From: a bacterium | GTDB lineage: Bacteria > Actinomycetota > Acidimicrobiia > Acidimicrobiales > Bin134 | DNA: 64,000 bases | NCBI GenBank assembly: GCA_026708015.1 | Contig: JAPOVT010000043.1 | Span: 8,429-72,428 of the forward strand | Reading direction: 5' to 3' | In this document: positions 54,434 to 63,422 of the stretch, piece after piece | How the letters are laid out: every line of letters begins with the position of its first letter | Numbering within the stretch: the first letter of the stretch is position 1 | The notes under the pieces: model-generated | Told to the model about the DNA's origin: nothing | What the model saw: the letters and a program-made list of their open reading frames with translations, nothing else | Database searches by the model: none | Position numbers and translations under genes: made by a program

Positions 54434-54462
54434 CCTGAAACTCCCAATCCGATGGGAGGGAC

Positions 54463-56316
54463 GTGGACACCAACCATCTTCAGAAAATCACCTGTCCGGC
54501 TGATCTGCGCCGCCTGGGTGATGAGGAACTGACCGAGCTGGCCGAGGAGATCCGCGAATTGATCGTCGAGACGGTCAACACCAATGGAGGCCACCTGGGC
54601 TCCAACCTGGGTGTGGTGGAGCTGACACTGGCCCTTCACCTTGTGTTCGACTCGCCCCGCGACATCATCCTGTGGGACACCGGTCACCAGGCCTACGTAC
54701 ACAAGATGCTGACCGGGCGGACCGACCAGTTCGAGACACTGCGCAAGCCCGGTGGCCTGTCGGGATATCCGAGCCGGGAGGAGTCCCCCCACGACTGGAT
54801 CGAGAACAGCCACGCCTCCACCGTGCTGAGCTATGCCCACGGCCTGGCCACGGCCCAAGAAACCGCCGGCGGCGAGCAGCGCCGAGTCATCGCGGTGGTA
54901 GGAGACGGCTCGCTCACCGGGGGCGTCGCCTTCGAGGGGCTCAACAACATCGGACACTCCGGCTGCAACGTGACCATCGTGCTCAACGACAACGGCCGCT
55001 CCTACGCCCCCACCATCTCCCGGCTGTCGGAGAGCCTGCTTCGGGTGCGGATGGACCCCCGCTATGTTCGCACCGACAACCAGGTTCGCAAGGTTCTTCA
55101 GAACATCCCTTGGGTGGGCGATTTGGCCGGCCGGACCGTGGGGGCCGCCAAGGCGGCGGTGCGGGAGATGGTGGAGCCCCGCACGTTCTTCGATGAGCTG
55201 GGCATCAACTACTTCGGCCCATTCGACGGCCACGACCTGGGCAAGCTCGAGCGGGTGTTCAGCCGAGTCTCCCATTTGGAGGGCCCCTGCATTGTTCATG
55301 TGCTCACCCAGAAGGGCCGGGGGTACGCGCCGGCCGAGAACGACCCGATCAAGAACATGCACGACATGTCGAAGGCCAAGCCGGGGAGCTACACCGAGGC
55401 CTTCACCGAGGCGATGATCAAAGAGGCCGAGGCTCGACCCGAGATGGTGGCCATCACCGCAGCCATGCCGGATTCCACCGGGCTGTTGCCGTTCGCCGAG
55501 CGGTTCCCCGAACGGTGCTTCGATGTCGGCATCGCCGAGCAGCACGCGGTGACCGCGGCGGCAGGCATGGCCATGGGCGGGCTGCGCCCAGTGGTGGCCA
55601 TCTACTCCACGTTCTTGACCCGGGCCATAGACCAGGTGAACCTCGATGTGGGATTGCACGGCCAGCCGGTCGTGTTCTGCCTCGACCGGGCGGGCATCAC
55701 CGGCGACGATGGGCCGTCGCACCACGGCGTGCTCGACATGGTGCTGCTCACCAAGATTCCCGGCATGACCGTGCTGGCGCCGTCGTCATATCAGGAGATC
55801 CAGCAGATGCTGCACGACGCCTTGGAGATCACTACCGGCCCGGTGGCCCTGCGGTGGTCCAAGACGGCTGCTCCTTCAGTACCTGAGGACGAGGTGGGCC
55901 ACGGACTCAAGGGCCGCAAGGTGAAGGAAGGCTCCGACGTTTGCCTGCTGGCAGTGGGCAAGATGCTGGCCAACGCGCAAGAAGCCGCCGAACTCTTGGA
56001 AGCCGATGGCATTTCGACCTCCGTATGGGACGTCCGCTGTGTCAAGCCCCTGGATGAGGACATGCTGGCCCACGCGGCCGGACATCGAGTGGTGGTGACC
56101 ATGGAGGACGGCTGGCGGGAGGGCGGCGCCGGCAGCTGCGTGGCCGAGCGCCTGCTCCTTGCCGAGCGCGGCGGCCCGGTGCCGACCATCCGGGTGCTGG
56201 GTGTGCCCAACGAGTACATCCCCCAGGGCGTGCCCGACCAGATACTCGCCGACTGCGGCCTCGACCCCGCCGGCATCGCCAGCACCGCCCGAGAAGCGCT
56301 CGCGGTCAAGGTCTAG
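54463..56316 (+). CDS. dxs: 1-deoxy-D-xylulose-5-phosphate synthase
   Basis: GGHLGSNLGVVELT, GDGSLTGG and GIAEQHAVT motifs. GTG start. Confidence 0.95.
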   Translation: MDTNHLQKITCPADLRRLGDEELTELAEEIRELIVETVNTNGGHLGSNLGVVELTLALHLVFDSPRDIILWDTGHQAYVHKMLTGRTDQFETLRKPGGLSGYPSREESPHDWIENSHASTVLSYAHGLATAQETAGGEQRRVIAVVGDGSLTGGVAFEGLNNIGHSGCNVTIVLNDNGRSYAPTISRLSESLLRVRMDPRYVRTDNQVRKVLQNIPWVGDLAGRTVGAAKAAVREMVEPRTFFDELGINYFGPFDGHDLGKLERVFSRVSHLEGPCIVHVLTQKGRGYAPAENDPIKNMHDMSKAKPGSYTEAFTEAMIKEAEARPEMVAITAAMPDSTGLLPFAERFPERCFDVGIAEQHAVTAAAGMAMGGLRPVVAIYSTFLTRAIDQVNLDVGLHGQPVVFCLDRAGITGDDGPSHHGVLDMVLLTKIPGMTVLAPSSYQEIQQMLHDALEITTGPVALRWSKTAAPSVPEDEVGHGLKGRKVKEGSDVCLLAVGKMLANAQEAAELLEADGISTSVWDVRCVKPLDEDMLAHAAGHRVVVTMEDGWREGGAGSCVAERLLLAERGGPVPTIRVLGVPNEYIPQGVPDQILADCGLDPAGIASTAREALAVKV

Positions 56317-59044
56317 TGAACCGTCCGAGAACTTCTTTGACCCCCTCGCCGTAGGCGGCCAGCTTGGCCGGGCCGACGCCGGGGATGGCCAGGAGTTCCT
56401 GATCAGTGGTGGGGCGGTGGGTGGCCAGCTCGACGAGGGTGGCGTCGGAGAACACGATGTAGGCAGGCACGTTGTCGGCCCGGCTGCGCTCCAAGCGCCA
56501 GGCCTTCAGGGCCTCGAACGCGGCTGCGCCCAAGGGATCGGTTGGCGGCTGGGGCTTGGGGCGTTTCGCCGGCTTGGCTGCGGTGGTTGCCCTCTGCGAT
56601 GACATTGGGGCGACCACGACCGGGGGTGTCAGCAGGCCTTCAGTGGTCGGGGAGTCGGATTCGGGTGGGGGCTGGTAGCGGGTTGTCAGCTCGCTTCGAA
56701 AGTCGGTGGGCGGGTTGCCGCAGATGAGGGTCACCGACTGCGAACACCGGGTGATGGCCACATGGAACACCCGTCGCTCCTCTTCGAGGTCGCCGGCCAG
56801 ACGGTGGGGCATCAGCCCTTTCGACGCCTCGTAGACGATCACATGGGGCCATTCCCGACCCTTCACCCGGTGGACGGTGGCCAACTGGACACCGGAGGCG
56901 CTGCCTTCGCCCTCGAATCCGTCCGACAGGCGGTTGGCCAGCCACTGCCGGAAATCGGCCGGATCGGGATGCAGATGGGCCACCGAGATGAGAGCCCGAA
57001 GGTCGTCCCCGTGGGCCGACCGATCTACCGAGCGACGGGACGCGTCCAGTCGTGAATCCAGGCTGCCGCCCAAGCCCATCTCGTCGCGCACCGTCTCCAA
57101 CAGCGACCGGGTGGTGATGCCGCCATCGGCCTGCTTGGCCTTGGTCCGCAGCATCTCCACGTCGTCGGCAAACTCACCCACTTTCTTGGATGATCGCTCG
57201 TCTTTGATCCGGCCGGCCAGGGCCTTGATCTGCGAGGTGCTCTGCTGCTCGGCGATCCACTCGATCACCCGGGGTGAGATGCCCCGGGGCGGGCGACGAG
57301 CTGCATCCGACAGTGCTCGAGACGGCAGGCCGCGCTCGGGGGCGGTGGCGATGTCGAGCCAGGCCAGTGCCGCGGCCACCCCGGTGCGTTCCAAGAACCC
57401 GCGGCCCACCGGCTGATTGGAAGGCACCCCCATGTCGCCCAGAACGATCTGGGGTACCAGCAAAGTGCTGTTCACCCTGGTCAGTACCGCGATCTCAGAG
57501 GGCTGGGCACCGTGGTCGAGCAGCGACTCCATGATCCGGCGCAGCTCCGGCGCACCGTCGGAGGCCGACTTGACGTTGACCGTCGCACCCATGCCGTCAT
57601 CGTCAGAACGAAGCCGCGTGGGAGCGGCGGTGATCTGCTTGTCGATGCGACGGCGGTTGTGGCTGAGAAGGTTCGAGGCGGCGTCCACCACCTCGGGAGG
57701 GCAGCGGTAGTTGACGTGCAGTTCGTGGCGCTGCGCTCCGGGGAAGTGCTTGTGGTAATCGATGAGCCACTCCGGGGAGGCACCGGAATAGCCGTAGATG
57801 GTCTGGTCGTCGTCGCCCACGCCGAACACATCGGCCCGCGGTCCGGCCAGCAGCCGCACCAGCAACAGATGGGCCGGAGTGAGGTCTTGGAACTCGTCCA
57901 CCAGCAAGATGCCGCAAGTGCGGCGAGCGGCGGCTCGGGCCGCAGGGTCGCACAGCAAGATGTCGATGGATCGAATGATCTGCTGGTCGAAGTCCACCAG
58001 GCCGCGATCGTCGAGCAGATCGACGTACTGGGGGGCGATCACCGAGAAGTCGGGCACGTCGGGATGGAAGTCGCGCTCCACTTCGGCGGGGTCCCGCAAG
58101 CCCAGCCGTGACGCACCCAGCGCCTCGATCCAGGGGGCAAGTTGGTCGGTCATGGCTCGACGCTTGCGGGGCACCATGCCCTCGAGCAGGTCCCGCACCT
58201 CCCGTTCGTCCACCACCTCCACCCGACCGCGATCCCGGGGGCGGGCAAATGGCCCGGTGCCATTGCAGATGGCCAGCGCCAGACTATTCAGGGTTCGTAC
58301 TTCCAGGCCCGGCAAATCAGCGGTGCGCTCCTGCATCTCGGCTCGGGCCCGCACATTGAACGCCACCAGACACACCGCCCGAGGATCGACACCCAGGTCG
58401 CGCACCAGGTAACGAGCTCGCTCGGTGAGCACTCGGGTTTTGCCCGACCCGGCCGGGGCCACGATGCTGGCCGCCCCGCCCAGATGGCCGACCGCGGTGC
58501 GCTGATCGTCGGCTAGATCGGCCTGGGGAGAGGCGGCATTCAGCGCGACCAGACTGCCAACCGACAGATTCGCAGCCGGAACCACCCCGGCACCGAGCGC
58601 CTCAGAAACGAACACATTGAACGGGCCGCCGTCGCACCACGCCGGTCCGGCATCGGTCACCACATCTCCGAACTCGTGGGGCTCCACCCGTCTGGCCCCC
58701 AAGACCAATGCCCGCTCGCTTGGCTCGAACCGGGGCCTCTCAAGGTCGCGGCAATCCACGGTGTTGGAGAGCAGCAGGTGACGGAGCACCTCATCGGGCA
58801 TGGTCAAACCCGGCTTGAGCTCCCACCACGGGGCATGCATCACCGGCTCGGCCGGGGGCAGCTCCCCGTCCAGTTCGATCACCAGCGGGGTGCGTTCCAC
58901 CCAAGCCCGCCTGAGCTCCCGGCCTACCTCGGGATCGAATCCGTCGGTCCGCACCGAAAGCCGCCGGCAATCCCCCCACTCCCGAGGTACTGCCTGCCCC
59001 ACCCCAATCAGCACACTCCTGCCGAATGCTGCTGGCCCCCTCAT
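56306..59044 (-). CDS. UvrD/Rep-family DNA helicase with C-terminal HRDC domain and ~200-aa N-terminal extension
   Basis: APAGSGKTRVLTER Walker A, VDEFQD and VHRVKGREW motifs. HRDC: LKAWRLERSRADNVPAYIVFSDATL...IPGVGPAKL. Start provisionally at the ATG at 59044 (ATGA overlap with the tacT stop). Confidence 0.85.
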   Translation of the reverse strand: MRGPAAFGRSVLIGVGQAVPREWGDCRRLSVRTDGFDPEVGRELRRAWVERTPLVIELDGELPPAEPVMHAPWWELKPGLTMPDEVLRHLLLSNTVDCRDLERPRFEPSERALVLGARRVEPHEFGDVVTDAGPAWCDGGPFNVFVSEALGAGVVPAANLSVGSLVALNAASPQADLADDQRTAVGHLGGAASIVAPAGSGKTRVLTERARYLVRDLGVDPRAVCLVAFNVRARAEMQERTADLPGLEVRTLNSLALAICNGTGPFARPRDRGRVEVVDEREVRDLLEGMVPRKRRAMTDQLAPWIEALGASRLGLRDPAEVERDFHPDVPDFSVIAPQYVDLLDDRGLVDFDQQIIRSIDILLCDPAARAAARRTCGILLVDEFQDLTPAHLLLVRLLAGPRADVFGVGDDDQTIYGYSGASPEWLIDYHKHFPGAQRHELHVNYRCPPEVVDAASNLLSHNRRRIDKQITAAPTRLRSDDDGMGATVNVKSASDGAPELRRIMESLLDHGAQPSEIAVLTRVNSTLLVPQIVLGDMGVPSNQPVGRGFLERTGVAAALAWLDIATAPERGLPSRALSDAARRPPRGISPRVIEWIAEQQSTSQIKALAGRIKDERSSKKVGEFADDVEMLRTKAKQADGGITTRSLLETVRDEMGLGGSLDSRLDASRRSVDRSAHGDDLRALISVAHLHPDPADFRQWLANRLSDGFEGEGSASGVQLATVHRVKGREWPHVIVYEASKGLMPHRLAGDLEEERRVFHVAITRCSQSVTLICGNPPTDFRSELTTRYQPPPESDSPTTEGLLTPPVVVAPMSSQRATTAAKPAKRPKPQPPTDPLGAAAFEALKAWRLERSRADNVPAYIVFSDATLVELATHRPTTDQELLAIPGVGPAKLAAYGEGVKEVLGRFTRP

Positions 59045-59571
59045 TCCAACCCGACCAGGGTTTTCCGGATTGACTTCATCAGCAAGAGGAGATGCAAATC
59101 GTCGGTGGGTGAGGATTCGAACTCGGGGATCAAGTGGTAGTAGAAGTCCCGTGCTTCCGAGCTCTCGGCATGAACCAACAGGACCCGGCACCCGATCTCG
59201 TCCCCCAATGCCAGGGTGCGGGCGAGTACGTCCTGGAGTAAGCCATCTCCGATTCCTCGGCCTTCGTGGGCGGTGCTAACACCAAGACGGGCCAACAACG
59301 CGACTGGTTGTGGGTAGCGGCCAGCACCCTTTCGCAACCGAACAGGCGCATCCTCAAAATTGATCTGGGCCATGCACCAGCCGTAGTACGCAACCACTTC
59401 AGCCTGTCCCGGCTGGGTGACTACAAGCACCTTGGTGGTGCCCATCGACATCGACTGGCGGGCATGACGCCGCAGCCATTCGGTTTGCTCATCCGAGCGG
59501 CACTCGAAACTCTCAAGCTGATGCTCAGCCTTGAGGGGCGCCGGCAGTAGGTAGGGCGGACTATTCGGCAA
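59041..59571 (-). CDS. tacT: GNAT-family acetyltransferase toxin (TacT-like)
   Basis: FECRSDEQTEWL, LLARLGVSTAHEGRGIG and FY motifs. It overlaps the upstream DUF1778 gene. Confidence 0.85.
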   Translation of the reverse strand: MPNSPPYLLPAPLKAEHQLESFECRSDEQTEWLRRHARQSMSMGTTKVLVVTQPGQAEVVAYYGWCMAQINFEDAPVRLRKGAGRYPQPVALLARLGVSTAHEGRGIGDGLLQDVLARTLALGDEIGCRVLLVHAESSEARDFYYHLIPEFESSPTDDLHLLLLMKSIRKTLVGLE

Positions 59572-59848
59572 TGAAAGGCGACGGCCGGGCCATCAGCGCT
59601 CGCAGTCCGGGGAGATCTTGAGCAGGGCGATCATTGATCTTCTCCCACTCCTCCGCTGCTTCTGCACTGAGCGTGAACTCGTTGCGATCGGCTAGCACTC
59701 GGCGGGCGGCAATCTTCAAATGGGTTACGACAAACTCTGTGAGATGGCTGCCATTCGCTCTCACTGCCCGATCGATCAGCGCCCGGTCGGCTGGCGTCAT
59801 TCGAACCTCAATCCGCACACTGCGCCGAGGACGTACGTCAGCTACCAC
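59561..59848 (-). CDS. tacA: DUF1778 (RHH) antitoxin (TacA-like)
   Basis: IEVRMTPADRALIDRAV...TEFVV and the C-terminal toxin-binding tail are typical of DUF1778. Confidence 0.85.
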   Translation of the reverse strand: MVADVRPRRSVRIEVRMTPADRALIDRAVRANGSHLTEFVVTHLKIAARRVLADRNEFTLSAEAAEEWEKINDRPAQDLPGLRALMARPSPFIAE

Positions 59849-59876
59849 TGTCAGCTCCTAACCATCGAATAAAAAC

Positions 59877-59906
59877 TGTACGGCTAATGTACGGCAAGAA
59901 TACGGC
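59877..59906. promoter_or_regulatory. Three direct repeats (TGTACGGC, TGTACGGC, ATACGGC) at ~11-12 nt spacing upstream of tacA (candidate operator)
   Basis: Repeats start at 59877, 59888 and 59900, roughly one helical turn apart. They begin 29 nt upstream of the tacA start. Confidence 0.4.
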
Positions 59907-59939
59907 AATTGCAATAGTCAATATCCCACCGTCAGCCAG

Positions 59940-60065
59940 TTATTCAGCGGCGGAGGAGGGTACCGGGGCGGCCACTCGTCCGTCCGACACCGCCACATCG
60001 GCCACCGTGGGCGCGGCCCCGGTCCCGTCGACAACCGTGCCCTGGCGAATCAACAGATCAAACAT
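59940..60065 (-). pseudogene. 41-aa N-terminal relic of an amidohydrolase (D-aminoacylase-like)
   Basis: Own translation: MFDLLIRQGTVVDGTGAAPTVADVAVSDGRVAAP... then a stop. This is the classic amidohydrolase N-terminus, and the rest of the gene is absent next to tacA. Confidence 0.6.
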
Positions 60066-60130
60066 GGGGCCATTCTGCCAGCCCGCGCTGACAGTACCTA
60101 GCGGTCAGAATCTTCAAATGAGAAAAGAAC

Positions 60131-60754
60131 TCAGGTCCGGGCGAAATAGGGGTTGTCGCCCGCTTCGTGATCGGTGGCGTCCACCACGTCGGTGATCTCG
60201 GGGATGGCCTCGGTGATCATCACGGTGATGCCCTCCCGGAGGGTGGCCGCGCTCATGGCGCATCCCTGGCAGCCGCCGCCCATGGTGATGTAGGCGGTGT
60301 GCCCCTCCACGCCCAACAAGTTGGCGAACCCGCCATGGGAGGCCAGCGAGGGATTGATGTGCTGGTCGAGCAGCTGCTGAAGCTGCTCAGGGATGGTTCC
60401 GGAGAGTTCTAGATCAGCCCCGGCCAGAAGATCGGGCTTGTTGGGGTTGCGGATGACCAGCCCGCCCTGCATGGGATTGTTGGGCAGGTCCAGGGTGGCG
60501 CCGGTCAGATTCTCCACCGACTCATCGGGGATCATCACCGTGAGGCCCCCGGTGATGATGTGGCGGTGGCCCTCGGCGCAATTGGCCACCTCCTCAAACG
60601 CCAGGTCGTAGGTGTAATCGGCACCGCTGACCCCGGTGATCTCGATTCGCAGGCCGAGGGCTTCGGGATCATCCTCGTTGGACCGGATGTCGAGCACCTT
60701 GTCAATGGCTGCTTCGGTGACTTCGAACAGTTGGGCTTCCATGGTTTCGCTCAC
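60131..60754 (-). CDS. Fe-S cluster biogenesis protein, HesB/IscA-like N-domain plus Nfu C-domain (NfuA-like)
   Basis: C-terminal GGGCQGCAMS Nfu motif; N-terminal A-type-carrier-like fold lacking Cys. Confidence 0.85.
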   Translation of the reverse strand: MSETMEAQLFEVTEAAIDKVLDIRSNEDDPEALGLRIEITGVSGADYTYDLAFEEVANCAEGHRHIITGGLTVMIPDESVENLTGATLDLPNNPMQGGLVIRNPNKPDLLAGADLELSGTIPEQLQQLLDQHINPSLASHGGFANLLGVEGHTAYITMGGGCQGCAMSAATLREGITVMITEAIPEITDVVDATDHEAGDNPYFART

Positions 60755-60878
60755 AAAGAAAATGCTATCCGAGCCAGCCCCTCGACACCACGGCCCGCAG
60801 GCCGGTTTCCTCTCTCAAGTCGAGCACCAGCAGCCCAAACTCACACCGCTGCTCGATAGATGGGGGTTTCCTCTCGTA

Positions 60879-61697
60879 TCAGCCGCGGCGGATGCGGCCT
60901 CGCAGCGACCGGAAGGCCAGCGACTGGGCCAAAAGCCCTACCACGCCAATGGACAGAAGTGCCCGCCCGAGCGCCCAGCCGTCCCAGCCGGAGAACAACG
61001 AGCGCATCCCCTCCAGGGCATAGGTCATGGGATTGAACCAGGTGATGGCGGCCAGCCAGTCGGTCATCACCTCCCGGCTCACCCAGGCGGTGGTCAGGAA
61101 CATGAACGGGAAGAACAGCAGAAAGCTGGAGTTGACCGCGCCCGGGTTCCCAGTGCGCAGCGCGATGGCGTAGGGGAAGCCGGTGAAGGCCAGCCCCCAC
61201 AGCGCCCCGAACAGCACGAACACAATCAGGCCCAACACCCCGGTGGCACCGAAACTCACCCCTATGGCGAAGCCCAAGGCGATCACCGGCACCGCCATCA
61301 CCACAAACAGGGTGAAATCGGCCACCATCAGCCCCAACAGCAGGGCATAGCGGTTAACCGGGGTCATCAGCAGCCGGTCGAAATAGCCCTCGGAGATGTC
61401 AATCACCAGGGCATTGGCCCGAGACATGCCGGTCACCGCGGTCATGATGGCCACCGGCAGCTGGAAGGCCTTGTAATCGATGTTTGAGACCACGTCGCCG
61501 GCCAGGTTCTGAATGGCCCCGATGGTGACCATCAGAAAGAACAAAGGGATCAACATGGCGGGGATGATCGCCTCCAGGTCACGGGGCAAGAGCCGCAGCG
61601 CCCGGCTGGCCACCGAGGTCACGTCGCCAAAGAACCCCGACGGTCGGGCTCGCACCACTTCGACGGTGGGCGGGGCGGTGTGGACAGCCCCGCTCAT
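60879..61697 (-). CDS. ABC-2 type transporter permease
   Basis: Six predicted TM helices. 4-nt overlap with the upstream ATPase gene. Confidence 0.85.
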   Translation of the reverse strand: MSGAVHTAPPTVEVVRARPSGFFGDVTSVASRALRLLPRDLEAIIPAMLIPLFFLMVTIGAIQNLAGDVVSNIDYKAFQLPVAIMTAVTGMSRANALVIDISEGYFDRLLMTPVNRYALLLGLMVADFTLFVVMAVPVIALGFAIGVSFGATGVLGLIVFVLFGALWGLAFTGFPYAIALRTGNPGAVNSSFLLFFPFMFLTTAWVSREVMTDWLAAITWFNPMTYALEGMRSLFSGWDGWALGRALLSIGVVGLLAQSLAFRSLRGRIRRG

Positions 61698-62674
61698 TCC
61701 TCCACCTCGATTCGGGCCCCAGTGAGCTCCAGAAACACATCGTCGAGGGTGGTGGGGTGAATCGACAGATCGCTCACCTCCACCCCGGCAGCCGACAAAG
61801 CAACTGCCACCGGACTGACCACCGATGCCCCGTCGCCGGTGGCCGCGCTCACCTCGTTGGCGTACACCTCGATATGGCTGATCCCCGGCACTTGGGCGAT
61901 GGCCGCAGCGGCTGCCTCGGGGTCGCCGGCCACCCGGGCCACCACCACGTCGGAGCCCACCGTGCGCTTGAGCCCATCAGGCGTCCCCTCGGCCACGAGA
62001 AGGCCCTCGTTCAAGATGCCCACTCGGTGGGTGAGCGCATCGGCCTCCTCTAGGTATTGAGTGGTTAGGAAGATGGTCATGCCCAGATCGCGGTTCAAGC
62101 GCCGAATCTGCTCCCACACCACCGCCCGGCTGATGGGGTCGAGGCCGGTGGTGGGCTCATCCAAGAACAGCACCTCGGGGTTGTGCATCAGCGCCGCGGC
62201 CAGGTCCAAGCGGCGCTTCATGCCCCCCGAATAGGTGGACACCCGCCGGTCGATGGCGTCCATCTCCAACAGGGGGGCCAGTTCCTCGATGCGAGTGGCG
62301 ATGGCGCCCCGCTCCAGCCCGTAGTAGCGGCCTTGCAGGGACAGCGTCTCCCGGCCGGTGAGCTTGCCATCGAGGGCGGCATCCTGGAGGGCCACCCCGA
62401 TGCTCAGGCGCACCTGGTCGCCCTGGGTGGCCACGTCGTGGCCGGCCACTGAGGCCGACCCCGCGGTCATCGACGCCAGCGTACACAGCATCCGGACCAC
62501 GGTAGATTTGCCCGCGCCGTTGGGCCCCAGAAACCCGTAGATCTCCCCCGCAGCCACCTCGAGGTCGAGCGAGTCCACCGCTACCACCTCGCCGTAGGTC
62601 CGGCGTAGTTCCCGGGCAGAAATGGCCGCTGGCACAGTTGATGATGCTACCGACCACCTTCGCGATATTCTCAT
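61694..62674 (-). CDS. ABC transporter ATP-binding protein (DrrA-like)
   Basis: GPNGAGKST Walker A, YSGGMKRRL signature and LFLDEPT Walker B. Start uncertain (track 62692). Confidence 0.9.
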   Translation of the reverse strand: MRISRRWSVASSTVPAAISARELRRTYGEVVAVDSLDLEVAAGEIYGFLGPNGAGKSTVVRMLCTLASMTAGSASVAGHDVATQGDQVRLSIGVALQDAALDGKLTGRETLSLQGRYYGLERGAIATRIEELAPLLEMDAIDRRVSTYSGGMKRRLDLAAALMHNPEVLFLDEPTTGLDPISRAVVWEQIRRLNRDLGMTIFLTTQYLEEADALTHRVGILNEGLLVAEGTPDGLKRTVGSDVVVARVAGDPEAAAAAIAQVPGISHIEVYANEVSAATGDGASVVSPVAVALSAAGVEVSDLSIHPTTLDDVFLELTGARIEVEE

Positions 62675-62679
62675 CGCCC

Positions 62680-63396
62680 ATGTCCGATTCAACCTGTGCT
62701 TCGGTCAGCTACGAGCTGAACGGCGACGTGGCCGTGGTCGGTTTAGACGACGGCAAAGTGAACGTTTTGACCCACGAGGTGATCGCCGCCCTCCACGAAT
62801 CGCTGGACCGGGCAGAGAGCGAGGCCAAGGCAGTGGTGATGGCGGGCCGGCCCGGCAAGTTCACCGCCGGCTTCGACCTGAAGGTGATGCAGTCGGGCCC
62901 CGAGGCGGCCAGAGACCTGTTCCGAGCCGGCATGGACCTGTTCGTGCGGCTCTACGAGTTCCCCCTCCCCGTGGTGGCGGCCTGCACCGGGCACGCCTTC
63001 GCCGCGGGGGCCATCTGGCTGATGTGCTGCGACGTGCGCATCGGCGCCGACCTGAATACCAAGATCGGGCTCAACGAAACCGCCATCGGGATGGTGCTGC
63101 CCAACTCAGTGGTCGCGCTGGCCCGCGACCGACTGTCGCCTCGCCACGTCCATTCCTCGGTTTTGCTGGCCCGGCTCTACTCTCCCCAAGATGCCACCGA
63201 CGTGGGCTTTCTGGACTGGGTGGTTGCCGAAGATGACCTGGAGGAGGCTGCGGTGGCCGAGGCCGCCGGCCTGGCCGAGGGACTCTCTCTCAAAGCCTTC
63301 GCCGGCACCCGGCGCGTGATCCGGGGGCCGGTGGTCCAATCGATTCGGGAGATGCTCGACCACGACACCCGGTCGTTCACCGTCGGGTTGACTTGA
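62680..63396 (+). CDS. Enoyl-CoA hydratase/crotonase family protein
   Basis: Start at the ATG at 62680 (MSDSTCASVSYELNGDVAVVGLDDGKVN). GRPGKFTAGFDL oxyanion-hole region. Confidence 0.85.
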   Translation: MSDSTCASVSYELNGDVAVVGLDDGKVNVLTHEVIAALHESLDRAESEAKAVVMAGRPGKFTAGFDLKVMQSGPEAARDLFRAGMDLFVRLYEFPLPVVAACTGHAFAAGAIWLMCCDVRIGADLNTKIGLNETAIGMVLPNSVVALARDRLSPRHVHSSVLLARLYSPQDATDVGFLDWVVAEDDLEEAAVAEAAGLAEGLSLKAFAGTRRVIRGPVVQSIREMLDHDTRSFTVGLT

Positions 63397-63422
63397 CGAA
63401 CGACAACAGGAGGACAGCAAGC

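Noticed and set aside
60804-60875. Direct repeat GGTTTCCTCTC at 60804-60814 and 60865-60875
   Set aside because: It is short (11 nt). On the coding strand it reads GAGAGGAAACC, which is Shine-Dalgarno-like sequence. It is probably chance or ribosome-binding-site related.
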